Source: an uncultured candidate division Zixibacteria bacterium (GTDB lineage: Bacteria; Zixibacteria; MSB-5A5; UBA10806). From it: a stretch of 64,000 nucleotides of DNA. Within the stretch, counting starts at the first letter, position 1. Every line of letters begins with the position of its first letter. Made by a program: the position numbers and the translations under genes. The notes below the pieces were generated by a model. It was given only the letters and a program-made list of their open reading frames with translations. It ran no database searches and had not been told where the DNA came from. Positions 19,789-30,069 of this stretch are shown here, in pieces. Location: the NCBI GenBank assembly GCA_963801605.1, contig CAWDFP010000006.1, forward strand, positions 1,376,001-1,440,000, read 5' to 3'.

Positions 19789-20628
19789 ATGAAGAACCTC
19801 TTGCGCTGGCCCGCTCTCTGCCGCCCTCTGAACTGCCTGATCACCTTTCTATCCGTCTGGGTTGGGGCCGTGGTCGCGGGTCAGGTATATTTCTCAAATC
19901 GAATATTAGCCGCCTCGCTTTCAGCCGCGCTTATCACAGCTTATGGAAATATCGTCAACGATCTTTTCGATATCAAAGCCGATAGCATCAATAAACCTGA
20001 TCGTCTGTTGGCAGGCGGAATTGTAGACAAATCAACTGCAATCGTGCTCGCCATTTTGTTTGCTTTATTTGGATTCGCCTTGTCATTTACCGTCGGCAAT
20101 CGAGGTTATCTTATCGCCCTTTTGACAATCATCCTTCTTCTCTTCTATACCCCGATATTCAAGGGTAAAAGCTATCTTGGCAATATCCTCGTGGCTGCGG
20201 TATCGGCTCTGGCATTCATTTATGGGGGAATGGCGGTCGATAAGCCCTTTGGCGCCTTTTTCCTGATAATTTTTGCCTTTCTGCTTCATCTGGGCAGAGA
20301 GATTGTTAAAGATATTCAGGACACAATCGCCGATCTGATAGTGGGGCATCGGACCGGCGCAACTATTGCTAACGGCAACTGTTCGCGCGTCCTGGCATCG
20401 CTCATTCTGGCACTCCTGATCGCCACGACCTTCGTGCCATACTTCCTCCACATCTATGGCCTTGGATATCTGATAGTCGTAATCGCAGTCGATCTAGTTC
20501 TCGCCGAGTCTATCAACCGCCTGATCATCTCCGGAAAAGAAGACGCTGCCCGTCGCGTTTCCCGCTGGCTCAAGTTAGCTATGCCTTTAGGTTTGCTTGC
20601 TGTACTCCTCGGACGGTTAGGATTGTAA
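19789..20628 (+). CDS. UbiA-family prenyltransferase, DGGGP-synthase-like
   Basis: RP.N, GN.VND.FD...D.INKPDR.L..G, YT...K....GN..VA, REIVKDIQD...D; multi-TM. Confidence 0.82.
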   Translation: MKNLLRWPALCRPLNCLITFLSVWVGAVVAGQVYFSNRILAASLSAALITAYGNIVNDLFDIKADSINKPDRLLAGGIVDKSTAIVLAILFALFGFALSFTVGNRGYLIALLTIILLLFYTPIFKGKSYLGNILVAAVSALAFIYGGMAVDKPFGAFFLIIFAFLLHLGREIVKDIQDTIADLIVGHRTGATIANGNCSRVLASLILALLIATTFVPYFLHIYGLGYLIVVIAVDLVLAESINRLIISGKEDAARRVSRWLKLAMPLGLLAVLLGRLGL

Positions 20629-20812
20629 TTTATTCAGGAGAATCGCGGTTTAAGTATCGCGGCCAACTCAGCTAAACATTCGATCGGATTGCATTTACAT
20701 CCCCAGTAATTGATTCCTTAACAATATCTATAATATTTTCTAAAAGCGGAAACTTGGAGCGACTCCAACATGTTCTATATTCAAAACACAGAACCTTTTT
20801 AAGGAGCATTAT

Positions 20813-21187
20813 ATGATAAAAATAAACTCAAGAATCATCGGCTTTTTATTTGTGATCGCTATCGGCCTCTTCGTTATTGCTGGATGTGGCAGTAGCAGCA
20901 AGTCCACCAATCCGCCGCCCCCGCCGACTCATTCGGCTCATTTCCATGATGTTTCTATCGCAAATTTCGCCTATTCACCGGCTACCCTCACGATCGCTGT
21001 CGGGGATACTGTTTTATGGACCAATAATCAAAACGTCCAACATACTGTGACCTCTGATACCGGTACCGAGTTGTCGGGAGACCTCGCTGCCGGAGCTACC
21101 TATCAGCACATTTTTGGAACGGCCAACGTATACCCTTATCATTGCGCGATTCACCCCACAATGCATGGATCGGTAACTGTACAATGA
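20813..21187 (+). CDS. Cupredoxin (plastocyanin/amicyanin-like) lipoprotein
   Basis: IAGC lipobox; type-1 Cu ligands HTVT...YHCAIHPTM. Confidence 0.85.
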   Translation: MIKINSRIIGFLFVIAIGLFVIAGCGSSSKSTNPPPPPTHSAHFHDVSIANFAYSPATLTIAVGDTVLWTNNQNVQHTVTSDTGTELSGDLAAGATYQHIFGTANVYPYHCAIHPTMHGSVTVQ

Positions 21188-21287
21188 TAGGTTATAAAAT
21201 ATCATTTTGAGGAATAGGGGCGCGTGGATATCACTCGCCCCCATTTAAGAAATATGACACTTAATAATATCAAAGCGAAGGAGGGTT

Positions 21288-21923
21288 ATGATGAAAGTTC
21301 TACAGTCTGCTTTCATGAGCCTGCTATTGATGACCGTGATGCTGTTTCTCGTTCCTATCGACGCATATTCCACGGTGCATCAAATTGCCATGCAGGATTT
21401 CTTTTTCTCACCGAGAAATACAGTCGTTAGCCCCGGCGATACCGTCCGGTGGTCCAACTCCAGCCTGGCGCCCCATACCAGTACGGGTGATACTCGCATC
21501 TGGAGTTCCGGTGTTGTTAATCCCGGGGCATCTTACTCCCGTCAATTTCTCACGCCGGGCGTTTTTGCCTATCAATGCAGTATTCATGTTTTAATGGGAA
21601 TGCGCGATACTATTCACGTCTCATCCGTTGGTATTGATGATCCCCAGTCTGCAATTCCGAGCGCTTACGAATTAGCTCAAAACTATCCCAATCCATTCAA
21701 CGCCCAAACCACCATTCAATACGATTTGCCGTCCGATGCCGATGTTACCATCACGGTTTTTGATATTCTTGGCCAGAAGCTGGAGACTCTTGTTGACGAG
21801 CATCAGGATGCCGGCCATCATCAGATCGCCTGGGACGCTGCTGATCAACCGTCAGGCATTTATTTCTATAAGATTCAAGCCGGGGATTTCTCTCAAACCA
21901 AACGGGCCACGCTGCTGAAATAA
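21288..21923 (+). CDS. Cupredoxin domain protein with T9SS CTD
   Basis: Signal peptide; PHTST...YQCSIH..MGM; CTD AQNYPNPFN...SGIYFYKI...TKRATLLK. Confidence 0.85.
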   Translation: MMKVLQSAFMSLLLMTVMLFLVPIDAYSTVHQIAMQDFFFSPRNTVVSPGDTVRWSNSSLAPHTSTGDTRIWSSGVVNPGASYSRQFLTPGVFAYQCSIHVLMGMRDTIHVSSVGIDDPQSAIPSAYELAQNYPNPFNAQTTIQYDLPSDADVTITVFDILGQKLETLVDEHQDAGHHQIAWDAADQPSGIYFYKIQAGDFSQTKRATLLK

Positions 21924-21935
21924 ATTTCTTAAAGT

Positions 21936-22055
21936 GGATGGCATACGTCCTCGTATGCCATCCTGATAATAAAAATGTTATGGCCGGTAGACGCCCTCGT
22001 CTGCCCCGACACCGCGTTTCGTCAGGTCGTAGGTCCCTTGGGATCGTGACCTGAC
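21936..22055. repeat. Cluster of three palindromes at the left edge of the accessory patch
   Basis: 21936-21963 perfect 12-bp stem GGATGGCATACG/CGTATGCCATCC; 21986-22005 GGTAGACG-CCCT-CGTCTGCC; 22020-22056 CGTCAGGTC...GACCTGACG. Confidence 0.8.
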
Positions 22056-22756
22056 GATTTATTCTTCCTGATTTTATAACACTTCTCAAGCACTTCCCGG
22101 CTGATTTGAAATCCGTGCGCCGGGATAAATATCTCGCACGTGCTTTCGAGCAGCTTGCCCCAGCTCTTGATTAATTGGTCGGCATCATCCGCGAACGGGG
22201 GGAATGCTGAATTGGGAATCGCGCCATAAAGCGTATCGCCGGCTAGTGCTATCTGGTCATCGATAATAACGCTGATCGATCCCGCCGAATGTCCCGGCGT
22301 ATGAATGATCCTCGCCTCGAATCCGTAATCGTTTAGGCTGATCACGTCCTCTACCAGAATATCCGCCTGGCATGGCTCATATTTTACTTTGGCCTGTACC
22401 TTTTTCCCGAGCAGCTCCAACGCTAACTTTGCCGGACGAATAGTTCCGCCCGGCAGCGGTGAATTCCCACTTTCGAGAAACTCCGCCTCCGATTTATGAA
22501 CGATTACCTTCGCGCCGTACTTATCCCGTACGTATGCCGCATTTTCGACATGATCAAAATGGGTATGCGTCAAGATCAGGGCGTCGAGTCTGGCGATCCC
22601 CAATTTCTCGAGATGTTCCACCAACTTCGTCCTGTAACTCTCCATGCTGGTATCGATAAGGATATTATTATTGCCATTGGAAAGCAAAAATACATTAGCT
22701 CGTAAGGTCAACACTTCTGTAATCGTATAGCCGCTTTTGGTCTGCCATTTTTTCAT
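22022..22756 (-). CDS. MBL-fold metallo-hydrolase
   Basis: LIDT, THTHFDH, HTPGHSAGS, AGD, PAHG. Confidence 0.88.
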   Translation of the reverse strand: MKKWQTKSGYTITEVLTLRANVFLLSNGNNNILIDTSMESYRTKLVEHLEKLGIARLDALILTHTHFDHVENAAYVRDKYGAKVIVHKSEAEFLESGNSPLPGGTIRPAKLALELLGKKVQAKVKYEPCQADILVEDVISLNDYGFEARIIHTPGHSAGSISVIIDDQIALAGDTLYGAIPNSAFPPFADDADQLIKSWGKLLESTCEIFIPAHGFQISREVLEKCYKIRKNKSSGHDPKGPTT

Positions 22757-22830
22757 TTGCGCCCTTCTTCATACATAATATACCAGCCGGCCATCGATTT
22801 GTATGCAAAATTGATATATTTAAAACCCGC

Positions 22831-22912
22831 GTAGGATGCGCTTCGCGCATCAAAGGGGGGATGCGCCGGCTTATTTATGCCTCAGGATGGAAACGTAGTG
22901 ACATCCTGAGGC
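22831..22912. repeat. Two REP-like palindromes
   Basis: GTAG-GATGCG-CTTCG-CGCATC (22831-22851); GCCTCAGGATG...CATCCTGAGGC (22879-22912), with a second copy at 25030-25063. Confidence 0.75.
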
Positions 22913-22928
22913 CCATTCTTGGCAGAGT

Positions 22929-24161
22929 CTATGATCGTAGCGTCTTGAGCGCGTTAGTGGCGTTGGTATTGCTCGGGTTAAGCTTAAGTGATTTTTTATA
23001 ATTTTTGATGGCAAGTTCCTTATTCCCCAATTTCATATACGCTTCACCGAGACAATCATAGGAATTCCAGGCGTCGGGAAATTCTTTTACGTAAAGCTGA
23101 AAAATCTTAAGGGCATCATCATTTCTGTTTCTTTGAAGCAAATAATAGCCGACCGCGACCAATTGGCCCTCAGAAAATGAATAATCGTTGGGATTGTTCT
23201 TTTTTAATTCGTACCATTTTGCAATGGCGGCATCGGTGTCTTTTGCCTTTATCGTTTTGTAAAGCTCGACCCCCGCCGGGTCTTTGAGCTTTTTATCTTG
23301 CAGGCCATCAACTATCGCTTGGATCCATGGCCCCTCGGTGGCTGCGTTAGTATATGCCGGCCACTTATTCAGTATTTTTTCTTTCTGCATGGTCCCGACA
23401 TCTTTACCCTCGGCCAGCCCGGCTTTTACGTCCGCAATCGAATTTTCGATCATTACCAGAAAATCTTTTTCTTCGGTTATGGTGCAATTAGATTCGTGAC
23501 CGGGAACGAGAATTACATCGGCGGGAAGCAGGTCTATCGCCTTGCGGACAGCTATGGGATATTGAAGGGCATTTCCGCCGCGCGGGTCGACATAGGGGAA
23601 ATTATTATTGGCCCCTAATCCTCCCATGCAAACCACTTTTGATTTTGCGAAATGCACGATGATATCGCCGTCATCATGAGCGCCGGGGTCGGCTATTAGG
23701 CGGATATTTTCGCCGTTAAAAAACAGGTTCAAGGAATCTGCGAAACCAATCGTGGGCAGCATCGACTCGGGAAATTCCTGAAGCATATACGCGCCGGATG
23801 TCAATCTGCTGCGAAGGCTCGCGTGGCCGATTTTGATTACGTTTTTATCAAAAGAGGCGTTACCGATCAAATGCTCAGGATGGGCGTGCGTGCTGATAAT
23901 TATCTTAACCTCGCCTTTGCCGAATGATTGAAGGATATCCTTAAATTCAGCCGACGATGCTTCGGGGCCGGCATCCACCAATAAAATTCCATCGTCACCG
24001 ACTGAAACCAGCATATTAACCGCGCCTGGATTATTGGATGTGATCTCATAGATATTGGGGGCCAATTGAGTTGTGGTGAAATTGGATTGCTGCTGGGCTA
24101 ATACCGGTCCCGCCAATAAAAAAGGCAGGATCAGGAACGCTGACGTTAGAAACCTCTTCAT
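22929..24161 (-). CDS. Exported MBL-fold (cyclase-like) protein with C-terminal TPR domain
   Basis: ATG at 24161 with GGAGG; signal peptide; LLVDAG, THAHPEH, AHDDGD, VPGH; TPR N.YD.LGEAY...G.KELAIKNYKKSL.LNP.N. Confidence 0.82.
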   Translation of the reverse strand: MKRFLTSAFLILPFLLAGPVLAQQQSNFTTTQLAPNIYEITSNNPGAVNMLVSVGDDGILLVDAGPEASSAEFKDILQSFGKGEVKIIISTHAHPEHLIGNASFDKNVIKIGHASLRSRLTSGAYMLQEFPESMLPTIGFADSLNLFFNGENIRLIADPGAHDDGDIIVHFAKSKVVCMGGLGANNNFPYVDPRGGNALQYPIAVRKAIDLLPADVILVPGHESNCTITEEKDFLVMIENSIADVKAGLAEGKDVGTMQKEKILNKWPAYTNAATEGPWIQAIVDGLQDKKLKDPAGVELYKTIKAKDTDAAIAKWYELKKNNPNDYSFSEGQLVAVGYYLLQRNRNDDALKIFQLYVKEFPDAWNSYDCLGEAYMKLGNKELAIKNYKKSLKLNPSNTNATNALKTLRS

Positions 24162-24333
24162 TCGAATCCTCCGCATTTTTGGTGATGATATGTGAAAATC
24201 TATTCTGGAACGGGATAATATTAGAGACTGAAATGTATCGTCGGTTAGTATTAGAAAAAGTAATCGCATAATACTAATAAACTTTACGTAAACTATGAAT
24301 ATCTGTTGCGCTGATTATTCTGTCGCTTGATGG

Positions 24334-24363
24334 GTCGGGTTCCGAGTCCGCGAGAAACCCGAC
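24334..24363 (+). repeat. REP-like family A (GTAGGTCGGGTTCCGAG...AAACCCGAC)
   Basis: GTCGGGTT-CCGAGTCCGCGAGA-AACCCGAC; other copies at 25160-25181(-), 29040-29065(+), 29131-29157(-), 37389-37430(+). Confidence 0.8.
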
Positions 24364-24371
24364 AACTCCGG

Positions 24372-24944
24372 TTACATCAGCCTCACCGTAAACTCGCAGG
24401 TCTGAGCACCCTCGCGAATCGTCTCATCCATCCGAACTTTAGCAGGGCTGTTGAAAATCGAACTGAAATATTCCTCCAGCCAGGTCCGGCTGCACTGGCA
24501 GTAGATATCGGAAGCGAACGGCTTGGTCGCCGCGGCAACCTGTCCGCAGTAGCATCTATCGTATCCACCCATGATGGTGTGGTCGTCCACCAAAACCAGT
24601 CTGCCGCCGCCCATGCCGGTCTTATTCAGCCTGGTCAGGAAATCGGCAATTGATGAAGACTCCCGGTAGAGCGCTTTCGCCCTCGATCTGGTCTGCGCCC
24701 CGCAGCATTTCCGTCCGCACGATTGCATAACCTCCAAAGCCTTTTCGCGGCCCAGAGTTTTCTCCATCCGAACCATAGTGATGTCCCACCAGGCTGCTTT
24801 CTCCGGTGCTTTCAGTTTGTCGTAGCTTTCGATTCCCCTGGTAATTTTCAACGCAGCGTTCTCTCCGCCGATAGCGATCAGAAACTGCGCGAACCGCCCG
24901 ATTCGCCCCGATGTCGGCAACTCCGATTTGGGTTTAGCTTTCAT
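24372..24944 (-). CDS. DUF6144-like Cys-rich protein
   Basis: ATG at 24944 with GGAGG; CGRKCC, YDRCYC, YCQCS..W, G...CEF. Confidence 0.72.
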   Translation of the reverse strand: MKAKPKSELPTSGRIGRFAQFLIAIGGENAALKITRGIESYDKLKAPEKAAWWDITMVRMEKTLGREKALEVMQSCGRKCCGAQTRSRAKALYRESSSIADFLTRLNKTGMGGGRLVLVDDHTIMGGYDRCYCGQVAAATKPFASDIYCQCSRTWLEEYFSSIFNSPAKVRMDETIREGAQTCEFTVRLM

Positions 24945-25029
24945 CAATACCTCCAATACAAACATAAGACAGGTTGGGGGAGGGAGCAAGGGGATTTGGC
25001 AGGCATCTTTAGTCATGTACCTGTCATAT

Positions 25030-25754
25030 GCCTCATGATGAAAAGCCTCTGACATCCTGAGGCGTAAAATATAGGTTACTGATAGGTTTGGTTTGTTCTC
25101 TTATCTCTTGATATTCGCTTAAAGTAATTCTCCTTTCGTCATATTGTCAGTTTGTCAAAGGTTTCTCGGAACTCGACCTACGATCTTCTGTTTTCAAATC
25201 CCCTTATTGTAAGGGGGCGGTCCCGGGACCAATTATCCCGCCAAAAATACGGCGGGTAAACCCTTTACAAGGTGGGACCTGCCCTAACCGTCGCCGCAAT
25301 ATTTCCGTCGCTCCGAAGAAGTCTTACTGACCTTCCTCATTGCGAAGGAGGGCGGTGACAGCCGACTCCGAGGGGAGTCCGGAGGACCCCCGATGGGTCC
25401 TAAGAGGACAGCCACCAAGTGGGAAGGTTTTGTGGCCACAATCATCCTTCCACTTATATAGCCCTTAGAAATCAAAATGCACTTTGAACGCGTTTTCGGG
25501 GCTTTGTAAGAGCGAAAAGGGTGTTTATCAAAATGAGCCCCCACGGAGAGAGAGGGGATTTTTCGGTTTTGTGAATTTGAGGGAAAAGTACTCTGATTTG
25601 GGATGGTGTCGGGTTGCCTGACCCGACACCAAAAAGAATCCGGTCATTGCGAGGAGGCCCATTTGGGCCGACGAAGCAATCCCCCTGCAAAAAGCGTCTT
25701 ATGTTATAAATGACGAGGTAGGGATGGGGATTGCTTCGCTTCGCTCGCAATGAC
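25030..25754. repeat. Dense non-coding cluster of heterogeneous palindromes
   Basis: 25030-25063; family A at 25160-25181; GGTGTCGGGT/ACCCGACACC (25605-25630); inverted pair GTCATTGCGAG...GAAGCAATCCC (25643-25683) / GGGATTGCTTC...CTCGCAATGAC (25727-25754). Confidence 0.8.
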
Positions 25755-25813
25755 ACGTCTGCGTAAGATGCCCCCGCAAAAGGCTATAGCGGACCAGATA
25801 GCCACTATTTTTG

Positions 25814-25842
25814 TTGACGATAATATTATATTTGTTTATAAT
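25814..25842 (+). promoter_or_regulatory. Putative sigma70 promoter of the AT-rich cassette
   Basis: TTGACG, 17-bp spacer, TATAAT, ~100 bp before the ATG at 25941. Confidence 0.6.
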
Positions 25843-25940
25843 CCTATTACAAAGCCAATCCTGATGTAATGGTGATGAATGTGTTATGTTCAATAAATAT
25901 TGAGTATGAATATTTTTTTTATTACCAATAGGAGAAATCA

Positions 25941-27007
25941 ATGAGTACGGAAGCCAAAGCATTTGTGTTAATGTCTTTTCAGCCAGAATTTAAATCGATT
26001 TATGAAAAATTAATTAAACCTACGTTGGAGGAGGTTGGCTATTTAGTTGAAAGGGCAGATAGTATATTGGATAGAAAGAATATTCTAAAGGATATTATTG
26101 AACGAATAGCGGTAGCGGATTTAATTGTAGCCGATTTAACATCAGTCAACCCCAATGTACTATATGAACTTGGTATATGTCACGGGCTTAGAGTTCCTAC
26201 TGTTATGATTGCACAGTCAATTGATGAGGTTCCTTTTGATCTGCGAGGTTATAGAATCGTTGTATATTCTAAAGAATTTGACGAAGTAGAAAAATTTATA
26301 AATGAACTTAAAAGCATTGCTCAAGGTCGAATAAACCAAACAGTATCATTTGAAAGCCCAATAACTGACCATTTTGCCAAAATGGAAATATCTAATAATG
26401 CCAATGATATTAAAATGTCTGAAGCTTTAAATAGTTTAGATGAATTAGAGGAAGAAGGTTTCCTTGATCTTTGGTGAGGTTAGAAGGCAATACAAAAATA
26501 ATGGAATTTAATTTGAGCACTATTACAGAAGCAACGCTTGAAATAGGGCAGAAAATTGATATGCGTGCCGCGGAGATAAATGAAGTTGTTGGTAAACCCG
26601 GTCCAGGGAGCGCATCAGCATTGCATAAAATATCAAATTCTACTGCTAACGACCTGATTCAATATTCTGATAAAATGGAAGGAGCTATACCGAAATTTGA
26701 ATCAGATATGGAATTATTGCTAGATACATTTTCAGCGGGCGTTAAAATATTAAAAACACTACCATCTGTAAATCCCGAATCAGTTACTCAATTTAAGGCA
26801 TCTATTTTTGAATTCATGGAAGCATCGGCCACAACGCTAAAAAGCATAAAAGGATTTAAGGAAATAATGTCTAATACTAAGGGAATCTCAAAAGCGATGA
26901 ACAGGGGTATATCCCAAGTAATCAAATCCCTTGATAAGATTATTACAGTTATGGAGAAATCTGAAGCGTATTTAGCAAGGATAGCCACTTCTTTGAATGG
27001 TATGTAA
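25941..27007 (+). CDS. Nucleoside 2-deoxyribosyltransferase-like (NDT/Rcl-like) domain plus helical C-terminal region; probably one gene with a frameshift near 26470
   Basis: AFVLMSF, ERAD, ADLIVADLT..NPNVLYELG, PFDLR; ORFs 25941-26477 and 26471-27007 join as GFLDLLVRLE if one T is added to the T-run at 26470-26472; visibly AT-rich. Confidence 0.72.
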
Positions 27008-27116
27008 TGGGGCGGCAAGCCTATTGGCTTTCCCTTCAATCGCGATTGGAGGGGCAGACATTGATGTCCACCAGCCACAAAACAATAGCACATATTACCT
27101 TTAAAATCGAGGCATT

Positions 27117-27599
27117 ATGGAAGAAACTCATGAACTAAAACTTGATCCGGAACATCAAGGGAATAAACCCTATTATGCAATATGCAATGAAGCTAGTGAG
27201 CTTTTAGAAAAAGTTGATAAGCTACATTTAGGATTAGATAAAATAAAAATGCCTAAATTATTTCCATTTAGGGCTAACAAGCAATTAACAAATCTTAAAA
27301 AGGAGATTAATAAAATCATCCCGGATGTAAACAATTTTTGGATTAAAGCCAAAAAATTCACAGAGCAACCTTCCTTTTATGTCACTTATCGCGCCGATGC
27401 CCCGCTTGATCAAGTAGTTGGATATTTTCATTTTTCACTATTATTATTAAATAGAATTACCACGCTTGAAAATATTGTTAATAATACTGTTCGCGATTTA
27501 CAATCTTTTTCCTTAAGGATAGATGGTGTTAAATCCCTATTTTGGGCATTACTTTTCTTTACTTTTAGCATTATTGTTACAATTATCATATCAGCTTAA
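27117..27599 (+). CDS. Hypothetical helical protein with C-terminal TM helix
   Basis: GAGG before ATG; AT-rich; C-terminal LFWALLFFTFSIIVTIII. Confidence 0.7.
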   Translation: MEETHELKLDPEHQGNKPYYAICNEASELLEKVDKLHLGLDKIKMPKLFPFRANKQLTNLKKEINKIIPDVNNFWIKAKKFTEQPSFYVTYRADAPLDQVVGYFHFSLLLLNRITTLENIVNNTVRDLQSFSLRIDGVKSLFWALLFFTFSIIVTIIISA

Positions 27600-27652
27600 A
27601 GATAGCGATTTTGTGCCACAAGAAACGCTTAGCGACAAACGCTAACCGGTTT

Positions 27653-27940
27653 GTAGCCGGAGAACCCCGCGGTCTCCGGTTTTTATTTTTCGGGAGGCAT
27701 TCAAACTCCTTCCTCAGCCCCCCCCCCCGCCCCCCAGCATACCACCCCCTTGCCAGCACTTCTGAAGACCTATTAAATAATGCGTCAGGTCTCGGATGCC
27801 TAAGACCTGACGCAACCGTAGACGGATACTTGACATCCCCCACCGTCCCCCTATATCTTTGCCACCTTTAGGGTTCGATGTTTTTGGGCGGTCCAGATGG
27901 CCCCATAAATGAGTGAATCGGCAGACGAGGGCGTCTGCCG
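27653..27940. repeat. Palindrome cluster at the right edge of the accessory patch
   Basis: GTAG-CCGGAGA...TCTCCGG (27653-27679); TGCGTCAGGTCT...AGACCTGACGCA (27781-27814); CGGCAGACG-AGGG-CGTCTGCCG (27919-27940). Confidence 0.8.
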
Positions 27941-28041
27941 CGCAGGACCAGGAACAAAGACGGAGTTTTCGCTGTATAATCGACCTGAAAATGGTTGAAT
28001 AAATGGACCGGGGTCGAACATGACGACCAGGGAGGTTTTTA

Positions 28042-29028
<987 letters not shown>

Positions 29029-29039
29029 GCATAGGAAGT

Positions 29040-29157
29040 GTAGGTCGGGTTCCGAGAAACCCGGCATTTCTATAAAATTGTATTCTATGTTTTTTGAATA
29101 TTCGAGGTACGTTCGCCCCCCGATAAGATCAGGGTTCTCACTCGGAACCCGACCTAC
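29040..29157. repeat. REPIN-like doublet (inverted family A copies) inside the bat operon
   Basis: GTAGGTCGGGTTCCGAG at 29040(+) and its exact 17-bp reverse complement ending at 29157. Confidence 0.85.
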
Positions 29158-29185
29158 GTCGGGCCGAAAATATGCAGAGGTTTAG

Positions 29186-30067
29186 ATGCTCCCACGGGAG
29201 ATATTAAAAAAAGTCAAACGAATCGAGATCAGAACCTCTCGGATGGTCAACGAGGTTTTCTCCGGCGAGTACCATTCCATCTTCAAAGGCCTGGGGATGG
29301 AGTTCTCCGAGGTTCGCGAGTACCAGCCGGGCGATGATATCCGCAATATCGATTGGAACGTCACCGCGCGTTACGGCCATCCCTATCTGAAAGTTTACCG
29401 CGAGGAGCGCGAATTGACCGTCATGCTCATGGTCGATCTTTCGGCCTCACAGAATTTCGGCACCGGCGAACGTTTCAAGACCGAGGCCGCCGCCGAGATC
29501 ACTGCGCTTCTGTCGCTGGCCGCTATCAAGAATAACGATAAGGTCGGTCTTCTCGTTTATACCGATAAAATCGAAAAATATATCATCCCGAAAAAGGGAC
29601 GAAACCATGTTCTGCGCTTGATTCGCGAGATCATCTATTTCAAACCGCAGGGCAAAGGAACCAACACCGGCGCCGCTTTGGAATATCTGCTTGGGGTGAT
29701 GAAAAAACGCAGCGTCCTTTTTCTGATCTCCGATTTTCTCGATTCCGGATTTGAAAAACCGCTCGGCGTCGCCGCCAGAAAACACGATCTGATTGCACTC
29801 AAGATCAACGATCCTCTGGAAACCGATTTCCCCAAAGCCGGGCTTATCAGATTCCACGATCTCGAAAGCGGCCAGGAAAGATTAATTGACACCTCCGATC
29901 CTAAATTTAAGGAGCAGTTCCGATCTCGCGTTCGTGCCCGCAATCTGCAGTTCGAAAAAATGACTACTAAGATGGGAATCGACCGCGTCTTCATTCCTGC
30001 CGGCGGCGATTATTCGATTCCCCTTATCAGATTTTTTGAAATGAGAGCCAGGCGTATAAGACATTAG
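29186..30067 (+). CDS. DUF58 family protein
   Basis: GEYHS.FKG.GMEF.EVREY.PGDDIR.IDWNVTAR, EEREL, D.S.S, LISDF. Confidence 0.93.
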   Translation: MLPREILKKVKRIEIRTSRMVNEVFSGEYHSIFKGLGMEFSEVREYQPGDDIRNIDWNVTARYGHPYLKVYREERELTVMLMVDLSASQNFGTGERFKTEAAAEITALLSLAAIKNNDKVGLLVYTDKIEKYIIPKKGRNHVLRLIREIIYFKPQGKGTNTGAALEYLLGVMKKRSVLFLISDFLDSGFEKPLGVAARKHDLIALKINDPLETDFPKAGLIRFHDLESGQERLIDTSDPKFKEQFRSRVRARNLQFEKMTTKMGIDRVFIPAGGDYSIPLIRFFEMRARRIRH

Positions 30068-30069
30068 TT

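Noticed and set aside
3321..20451. Numerous 60-220 aa alternative-frame and antisense ORFs inside long genes (also in 28-48 kb and 53-63 kb)
   Set aside because: Fully nested in well-supported CDSs, with no motifs or RBS.
22022..24161. Metallo-beta-lactamase resistance genes
   Set aside because: Only the general MBL fold motif is visible; no basis for claiming beta-lactamase activity.
25284..25962. Short minus-strand ORFs including the CHCERSEAIP and MSLRAKRSNP peptides
   Set aside because: Translations of the palindromic repeat cluster with no other coding evidence.
26475..26477. Selenocysteine or readthrough at the TGA of the NDT-like ORF
   Set aside because: The continuation is in a different frame, so readthrough would not join the two ORFs.
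21936..27940. CRISPR array or integron cassette array
   Set aside because: Repeats are heterogeneous and irregularly spaced; no cas or intI gene, and no consistent attC RYYYAAC...GTTRRRY ends were found by eye.
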